From Pseudomonadota bacterium (lineage in GTDB: Bacteria > Pseudomonadota > Alphaproteobacteria > Caulobacterales > Parvularculaceae), in the NCBI GenBank assembly GCA_039183665.1, contig JBCDBM010000001.1, positions 1 to 49,404 on the forward strand: DNA of 49,404 nucleotides. The letters are read 5' to 3'. Of the stretch, positions 41,295 to 49,404 are shown piece after piece. The position numbers were made by a program, and so were the translations under genes. Numbering within the stretch: the stretch's first letter is position 1; every line of letters begins with the position of its first letter. The notes beneath the pieces were generated by a model. It saw nothing but the letters and a program-made list of their open reading frames with translations, had not been told where the DNA came from and searched no databases.

Positions 41295-41418
41295 GGTCGG
41301 CGCTCCACACTGTTACTCAACACCTGATACTATTCAGGTCGTCGATCAGATCAACGACCAGCTTAATCGAATGGTGTTTATATATAGATCGTGCACGAAT
41401 GAATTGATGCACAAAACT

Positions 41419-42102
41419 CTAAAACATCGTGCTGACTGACACCAAGGCAGCCTTCGTCCGTTTGTCAAAACCTTGGCCCAGCGAAGCCGGACAAAATCGC
41501 CGTTGAAACGCCAATAGCGCCGCCGCGTGATCGCCCGGGGGCGCGTCATATCCGATCTTCGACAGCGCCCGAAGCGCGTCTTCATAGGACACAACGCCGC
41601 CGCTCTCTCCGTCGCCGTCATATGGCGCAAGCGCGAGCCCTTCATCAGCAAGGCGTCGCCAAGGGAACTTTTCACCCGGATCTTCTTTTCGGCGTGGCGC
41701 GACATCTGAGTGGCCTAATATGTAGGTCGGTTTCACGCCGTGGCGATCGACAAGTCCGCGCACCAGCGACAAGACGGATTCGATCTGCGCTTCGGGGAAA
41801 TCGCGGTACCCGAATTCATGGCCTGGATTGACGATTTCGACGCCGACCGATCGAGCGTTGATATCGCTCTCGCCTTTCCAGCTTGCGACGCCCGCATGCC
41901 AAGCCCGATTGTCGTCGGCAACGAGTTGATAAACATCGCCGTTTTCTTCGACCAAATAATGCGCGCTGACTTTGGCCTCAGGATCACGCAGCCGTGCGAG
42001 CGCCGCCGCGCCTGATTCCATCCCCGTATAGTGGAAGATGATCATATCGATCGCGCGCCCACGGGCATCGAAATTAGGAGACGGCGTTTGGATAATTTTC
42101 AT
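41419..42102 (-). CDS. N-acetylmuramoyl-L-alanine amidase (Amidase_2, AmpD/AmiD-like)
   Basis: SPNFD.R, FHYTGM, VSAHY, RAWHAG, N.RSVGVE, GHSDVAP.RK.DPG, C-terminal PG-binding region (AFQRRF). Confidence 0.93.
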   Translation of the reverse strand: MKIIQTPSPNFDARGRAIDMIIFHYTGMESGAAALARLRDPEAKVSAHYLVEENGDVYQLVADDNRAWHAGVASWKGESDINARSVGVEIVNPGHEFGYRDFPEAQIESVLSLVRGLVDRHGVKPTYILGHSDVAPRRKEDPGEKFPWRRLADEGLALAPYDGDGESGGVVSYEDALRALSKIGYDAPPGDHAAALLAFQRRFCPASLGQGFDKRTKAALVSVSTMF

Positions 42103-42106
42103 AGCG

Positions 42107-43018
42107 CTATTCTGCGGCCGCTTCTCGATCCTGATCTATGGTCTGTTTCTTTGCATTGCGTAAAAGCACGATGGCGACGCCGGAAATAGTCATTCCCGCG
42201 CCCAACGCGATCAAAGGCGTGAACGGCTCTCCCAAGAGCAAGACGGCAAAGAAAACCGCGAAGAGCGGCGTCAACATGGCGCTTGTGCTGGCGATCGCGA
42301 CGGGAAGCCGGTGCAATAACCAATAGTATGAACTGTGCGCGACAATTGACGCGAGAATAGCCGAGAAGAGAACGGCGCCGATCGCCGTTCTTGTATCGCC
42401 CTGCAAAAACGCTTCGAACTGCCCCCGCTCGAACATCAAACTCAACGGCCAAAGCGTCAAGGCGCCGACCAGGCCTGCCCACGCCAAAAGCTCAATAGGC
42501 TGAAAGCTCGACGCTGCGCGTTTCACGTTGATGGCGCCGACGGCTTCAGCGAAGACCGCACCGAGGCCGAAAACAACGCCCAAGACGATGATGTCGCCCG
42601 GTTTTTTTTCAATCCCGGCCCCGGCTGAGATAATCGTGACGCCGGCGAAAGCGAGCCCAATGCCGAGAATGCGTCGCCAGCCCAACCGATCGCCCAGAAA
42701 GACGACGGAGAGCAGTGTCGCAATCGGCGCCACAAGTTGAACGGTCATGGCGGTCACCGTAGCGGGCGCATAAACAAGGCTGGTGTTCAGGAGCGCGTAA
42801 TTCGCCGCGCCCAAACAAAAGCCCATAGCGAGCACTGGGCCCATCGAGCCAGGACGCCACCGCAAGAACGGGGACAACAAGACGGCCACAAGCGTCATGC
42901 GCATCGCCGCATAAAAAATGGGCGACATGATCTGGAGACCGACTTTCACCACGACGAAGTGGAAGCCCCAGATGAGCGCCGCCATAACAATGACGATAAC
43001 GTATCGCGCGGAAAGCAT
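42107..43018 (-). CDS. DMT/EamA family transporter
   Basis: About 10 TMs, IWGFHFVVVK, two EamA repeats (FLGDR, LLGEP). Confidence 0.9.
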   Translation of the reverse strand: MLSARYVIVIVMAALIWGFHFVVVKVGLQIMSPIFYAAMRMTLVAVLLSPFLRWRPGSMGPVLAMGFCLGAANYALLNTSLVYAPATVTAMTVQLVAPIATLLSVVFLGDRLGWRRILGIGLAFAGVTIISAGAGIEKKPGDIIVLGVVFGLGAVFAEAVGAINVKRAASSFQPIELLAWAGLVGALTLWPLSLMFERGQFEAFLQGDTRTAIGAVLFSAILASIVAHSSYYWLLHRLPVAIASTSAMLTPLFAVFFAVLLLGEPFTPLIALGAGMTISGVAIVLLRNAKKQTIDQDREAAAE

Positions 43019-43175
43019 CTGCCCGCTCCCTCCCAGCGCTCTTGTCCTCTAAGGACTTTATTGGATTGCGCCCACCGCAGGTTTCTTGTGTCGCGGGAGA
43101 CTAAGATGTGTCGAAGAATAAACCGAGGCCACCGACGCCCAATATTTTGTCCGTCGGGTTGTGAACGAAGATGCG

Positions 43176-43424
43176 TTAGACCGCCACCGGTCTCCAGTGA
43201 CGGTGGCCGCCAGAATGGGTGAAAATGCCTGTTATCGCTGACGCTAGGACAACCAACGGCGTCGCGATCGTCACCGCCAGAACGAATAGGCCGGAGATTG
43301 TCAAAAGAAAAAGGAAAATCGCTGCATCGCCGGCCCGCTCGCTGATGCGCGCCCATTGTCGGGGCTGCGGCGGCGCGGATGATATCGCGCGATCATGATC
43401 GCCATTCGAAGCAATATTAGCCAT
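43176..43424 (-). CDS. Small membrane protein of unknown function
   Basis: About 82 aa with a long hydrophobic stretch (AAIFLFLLTISGLFVLAVTIATPLVVLASAITGIF); co-oriented with its neighbours. Confidence 0.55.
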   Translation of the reverse strand: MANIASNGDHDRAISSAPPQPRQWARISERAGDAAIFLFLLTISGLFVLAVTIATPLVVLASAITGIFTHSGGHRHWRPVAV

Positions 43425-43504
43425 GAGACTACGCCGCACCCAACTACTCAATGTATTAACAAAGCAAAGGGCGGGCCGTTCGTCTAGGGCGCGCCGCCAT
43501 TCAA

Positions 43505-44200
43505 TTACAACTGCCCGCGTCTGCGCTCGCTCACAATTCGTTCATAAGCTTCATTGACGGCGGCCAGCCGCCGTTCCGCGATCCGCGCCAGATGCGCCGG
43601 CACGCCCCGCGCAATTAAGGCGTCGGGATGATGGTCGCGCGCCAGCTGGCGATACGCCGTTTTAATTGTTTCAAGATCGGCGCCGATCTCGACGCCCAAG
43701 ATGACATGCGGATCGTCCTCGCCGAGCCCTAAATGGGCGGCCTTTAGGCGTCCATAAGCTTCAGGCCCAATATTAAAAGTCTTTGCCGCTAGGTTGAGGA
43801 GTTCCAGCTCGCCAGGATGCGCCACGCCATCCGCCGCGGCCACATAGAATAAACAATCGAGCACATCTTCGAGGACAATCGGCTCGTCGGCGAACATCCT
43901 CGCCACCCGCCGCAAATAAGCGTCAAAGCCAGCGACATCTTGCTGAGCAAGCTGATAAATCATCCGCACCTTGTCGGCCTCTGTCTCGGGGTAGTCGAAG
44001 AACTCTTTGAAGGCCGCAATTTCGTCGTCTGTAACCACCCCATCGGCTTTCGCCATTTTTGCCGAAAGCGCGATCAGGGCGATGGAAAACGCGATGTCGT
44101 CCCGACGCTGTTTTTGCTCGGCGAGCACTTCCAGCAGCGCGCCCAGGGTGCGCCGCCTCGCTTCTTCCAGAAAGGCCTCGATCCGATCCCAAATGCTCAT
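43505..44200 (-). CDS. djlA: DjlA-like co-chaperone (TerB domain plus J domain)
   Basis: ALSAKMAKADG.V...E, AAADG..H..E, C-terminal J domain with HPD (AYRQLARDHHPD...VNEAYE). Confidence 0.88.
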   Translation of the reverse strand: MSIWDRIEAFLEEARRRTLGALLEVLAEQKQRRDDIAFSIALIALSAKMAKADGVVTDDEIAAFKEFFDYPETEADKVRMIYQLAQQDVAGFDAYLRRVARMFADEPIVLEDVLDCLFYVAAADGVAHPGELELLNLAAKTFNIGPEAYGRLKAAHLGLGEDDPHVILGVEIGADLETIKTAYRQLARDHHPDALIARGVPAHLARIAERRLAAVNEAYERIVSERRRGQL

Positions 44201-44447
44201 TCAGTCAATTCCTTATTCGCCTTTGTCTTATCATGCCGCGCTGCGGAAGGGACCTCGAAAGCTTCCAAAATCTGTGTGGAAAATTAATTGAGAAAAAAGT
44301 TTCGCAGTGGTTTTGACAGGTTACGCATTCTTCGGCGCATCCAGTGCGCGCTTGATTTCCCTGGCGATTTTGCAATTCCCGCGTTTTCCCGTCACTGTTA
44401 TTTGGTGAGGGCTGTTTGGCCCCCAAAACAGCCGTTTGAGGGTAACC

Positions 44448-44549
44448 ATGAAACCGGTTCTACAGCGAGTTGGCGTTTTGGTGAGCGGATTGTTGTGCGG
44501 CGCCGCATTTATGACCATCGCGTTGGTCATCACAAATTTCGTCAATTAG
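44448..44549 (+). CDS. Putative 33-aa single-TM small protein
   Basis: MKPVLQRVGVLVSGLLCGAAFMTIALVITNFVN*; GAGGG RBS 5 nt upstream; TTGACA at 44313; below the ORF-track size cutoff. Confidence 0.55.
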   Translation: MKPVLQRVGVLVSGLLCGAAFMTIALVITNFVN

Positions 44550-44594
44550 CCAAAGCGCAAGGGCGGTTGCAAAGCAGCTTCGTCGAGCCCCTGT

Positions 44595-47242
<2,648 letters not shown>

Positions 47243-47246
<4 letters not shown>

Positions 47247-48127
47247 GAGGCGGCTGTGGCTCGCTCGGTGGACGCTTCTGCCGGGCGCACGCCCAGCATA
47301 CGGCATATGGCGAACGCCAAAGCATCGCGATTAAGCGTATAGAAATGAAACGCATCAACGCCGCGCGCTGCAAGGTCCAAACACTGCTCGGCGCACAGGC
47401 TGGCGGCGATTAGCTCTCGCGCCTCAGGGTCGCTATCCATATTCTCGAAGAGCTCGCCATAACGTGTGGGCACGGAGGCGCCGCAGAGGCCCGCCATGCG
47501 TTTTAACCCGCCGAAATTCGTCACCGGCATAATACCTGGCGCGATCGGTATATCGATCCCCGCGGCGCGCACGCGATCGAGATAGCGAAGAAACGCACTG
47601 TTATTATAGAAAAACTGGGAAATGGCGCGCGTTGCGCCCGCATCCACTTTGCGTTTGAGCATATCAATATCCGCGTCGAACGAGGCGGATTCAGGATGCT
47701 TTTCCGGGTAGCAACCGACAGAGACTTCAAAGGGCGCCATCGCTGTGGCCGCAGCAGTGAGTTCCGCCGCATTCGCATAGCCGCCCGGGAAAGGTTCATA
47801 GGCTCCGCCGACGCCGTCAGGGGGATCGCCGCGAAGCGCAACAATATGGCGGACGCCCGCGTCCCAATAGGACTTCAGTACAGCATCTACGTCCTCGCGG
47901 CGTGCATTGACGCATGTCAGATGCGCGGCGACGGGCAAAGATGTTTCATCAATGATGCGCGCAACGGTTTCATGGGTGCGTTCGCGCGTTGATCCGCCCG
48001 CCCCATATGTCACTGAAACAAATTCCGGGTTCAACGGCGCGAGCTTCGTCACCGAGCCCCAGAGCTTTTCATGCATGGCTGGCGTGCGCGGCGGAAAAAA
48101 TTCAAAGGAGATCTTCAAGTCGGCCAT
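47243..48127 (-). CDS. metF: 5,10-methylenetetrahydrofolate reductase
   Basis: [47 protein letters not shown]; start reassigned to MADLKI. Confidence 0.97.
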
Positions 48128-48138
48128 TTTCTTTCCCC

Positions 48139-49134
48139 TTAAGCGGCAGAGCGCGCACCCAAGCGGCGAACGCTTGCCGGCGACCGGCACAACCAGATCT
48201 TCACGGTGAGCTTGCCGTCCTCACCCGATTTGGGCGATAGGGTTTCGCTTCTTTCTAGACTTAAGCCACAGCTTTTGCACCACTCGCGCACTTCTTCGTC
48301 CGAGAACCCAAGCCGCCGGTGTTGATGCTCTTCACGCAAGAACTCCAGATCATGCGGCGCGAAATCCGAAATGATCAATTTGCCGCCAGGTTTCAAAAGC
48401 CGCGTTGCCTCTTGCAACGCCGCGCGCGGTTCAGTGAGATAGTGAAGCACTTGGTGCAGACACAAAACGTCGGCGCTGTCGCTATCAAGCGGCGCCGAGA
48501 ACAAGTCCGCGTGGCGCACTTGGGCGTGGGTAATCTTGGCCTCATCTAAATTTGCCCGCGCAATCGCGAGCATCTCGTGGCTAAGATCGTAACCGACGCC
48601 AGATCGATACCGATCGGAAAATATCTCCAACATACGGCCGGCGCCGGTGCCCAGATCCACAAAAAGGTCGACCCGATCGGCGCCGACAATGTCCAAGATC
48701 CGCGCTTCGATGTCCGCATCGGGCAAATGCAGACGCCTTAACTGGTTCCACTCAGCGGCGTTTTTCTTGAAGTAGGCGGCGGCTTGAGCGGCGCGCGCTT
48801 TCCGGCTTTGGTCAAAGCGCTCCTGATCGCGGGCCAAAATCCGGTCACCCGCTTCGCTCATGGATTGAATAGCGCCAAGCACGGCGGCAAGCGTCTCGGT
48901 CTCTCTGGCCGTTCCGGACACGCGATACAGCATCCATGCGCCCTCACGATGGCGTTCGGCGAGACCTGCATCCGCTAAAATCTTCAGATGGCGGCTGACC
49001 CGCGGCTGGCTTTGCCCAAGGATCGCCGTAATTTCGCTCACCGTGAGCTCTCCGCCTATCAGCAACGCCATGATCCGCAAGCGAGTTTCCTCGCCCACCG
49101 CGCGAAACACATTCAAGGTTGCATCGACATTCAT
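48139..49134 (-). CDS. sahR: SahR-type regulator (ArsR HTH plus SAM-binding methyltransferase-like domain)
   Basis: ELTVSE...LGQSQPRVSRHLKIL..AGL..R.REG, DLGTGAG, HQVLHY, DFAPH..EFLR...H.RLGF; first gene of the metF-metH operon. Confidence 0.88.
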   Translation of the reverse strand: MNVDATLNVFRAVGEETRLRIMALLIGGELTVSEITAILGQSQPRVSRHLKILADAGLAERHREGAWMLYRVSGTARETETLAAVLGAIQSMSEAGDRILARDQERFDQSRKARAAQAAAYFKKNAAEWNQLRRLHLPDADIEARILDIVGADRVDLFVDLGTGAGRMLEIFSDRYRSGVGYDLSHEMLAIARANLDEAKITHAQVRHADLFSAPLDSDSADVLCLHQVLHYLTEPRAALQEATRLLKPGGKLIISDFAPHDLEFLREEHQHRRLGFSDEEVREWCKSCGLSLERSETLSPKSGEDGKLTVKIWLCRSPASVRRLGARSAA

Positions 49135-49162
49135 GAGGGTCGCCTCTCCGCCATAGCGGAGG

Positions 49163-49182
49163 ATATAAAGATATCTTTATAT
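49163..49182. promoter_or_regulatory. SahR operator (20-bp palindrome)
   Basis: ATATAAAGATATCTTTATAT is a perfect palindrome 28 nt upstream of the sahR start and matches the SahR-type ATAT(C/A)AAG-N4-CTT(G/T)ATAT motif. Confidence 0.85.
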
Positions 49183-49330
49183 TGAATCAAGAACTCCCCC
49201 AATCCTCGCGAATTGGGGATAATCGACGCATGTCGTAAATTTGACCGCGCCCAGTCTCCTGCAGGGTTTTATTTCGGGTTAAGAGTCGACATCTTTGAGT
49301 GAGCACCGAGCCGATTCGGGGGAATGTTTC

Positions 49331-49404
49331 TTGAGAAAATTTGCGATTGCGGCGATTCTAGCCGCGCTTTGGGCCAGTCCGTCAGCCGCGCAGATGAGCG
49401 ACGC
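49331..49404 (+). CDS. N-terminus of an exported protein (partial)
   Basis: TTG start giving MRKFAIAAILAALWASPSAAQMSD, a Sec signal peptide pattern; runs off the window. Confidence 0.5.
   Translation, partial: MRKFAIAAILAALWASPSAAQMSD

Noticed and set aside
41360-41415. AT-rich patch with two TGCAC copies upstream of the MipA gene
   Set aside because: Spacing and orientation do not fit an NtrC-type TGCAC-N7-GTGCA site; probably just promoter sequence.

Overview
This is a core-genome window from an alphaproteobacterium. CtrA, CtrA boxes, GANTC sites, a long-linker FtsZ and the split MetH suggest a Caulobacterales/Parvularculales-like lineage (inference). Left to right: (1) an XrtA/PEP-CTERM-type Wzy-dependent exopolysaccharide locus (OM beta-barrel, BY-kinase, chain-length protein, Wza, priming transferase, and a GT4 glycosyltransferase fused to a WalW-like deacetylase) with three candidate sigma54 promoters, two of them back-to-back; (2) an orphan FliO-like gene with a perfect CtrA box; (3) the complete dcw cluster on the minus strand, mraZ to ftsZ followed by lpxC-bamD-recN-ligA; (4) a FliJ-like gene divergent from ctrA; (5) an accessory block between ctrA and rnpB (TonB-dependent receptor, Ada-like methyltransferase, small membrane protein, a NodF/NodE-like ACP + ketosynthase pair, yajQ); (6) rnpB, MipA/OmpV, amidase, EamA, DjlA-like and an unannotated 33-aa membrane sORF; (7) a SahR-metF-metH operon with a perfect 20-bp operator, in which MetH lacks its homocysteine-binding domain. 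No mobile elements, CRISPR arrays, tRNAs or rRNAs were seen. Nothing is unambiguously a new system. The best leads are the sigma54-wired EPS locus with its GT4-deacetylase fusion, the stand-alone NodFE-like acyl-chain module, the orphan flagellar export remnants, the KTA variant of the FtsI motif and the 33-aa sORF.
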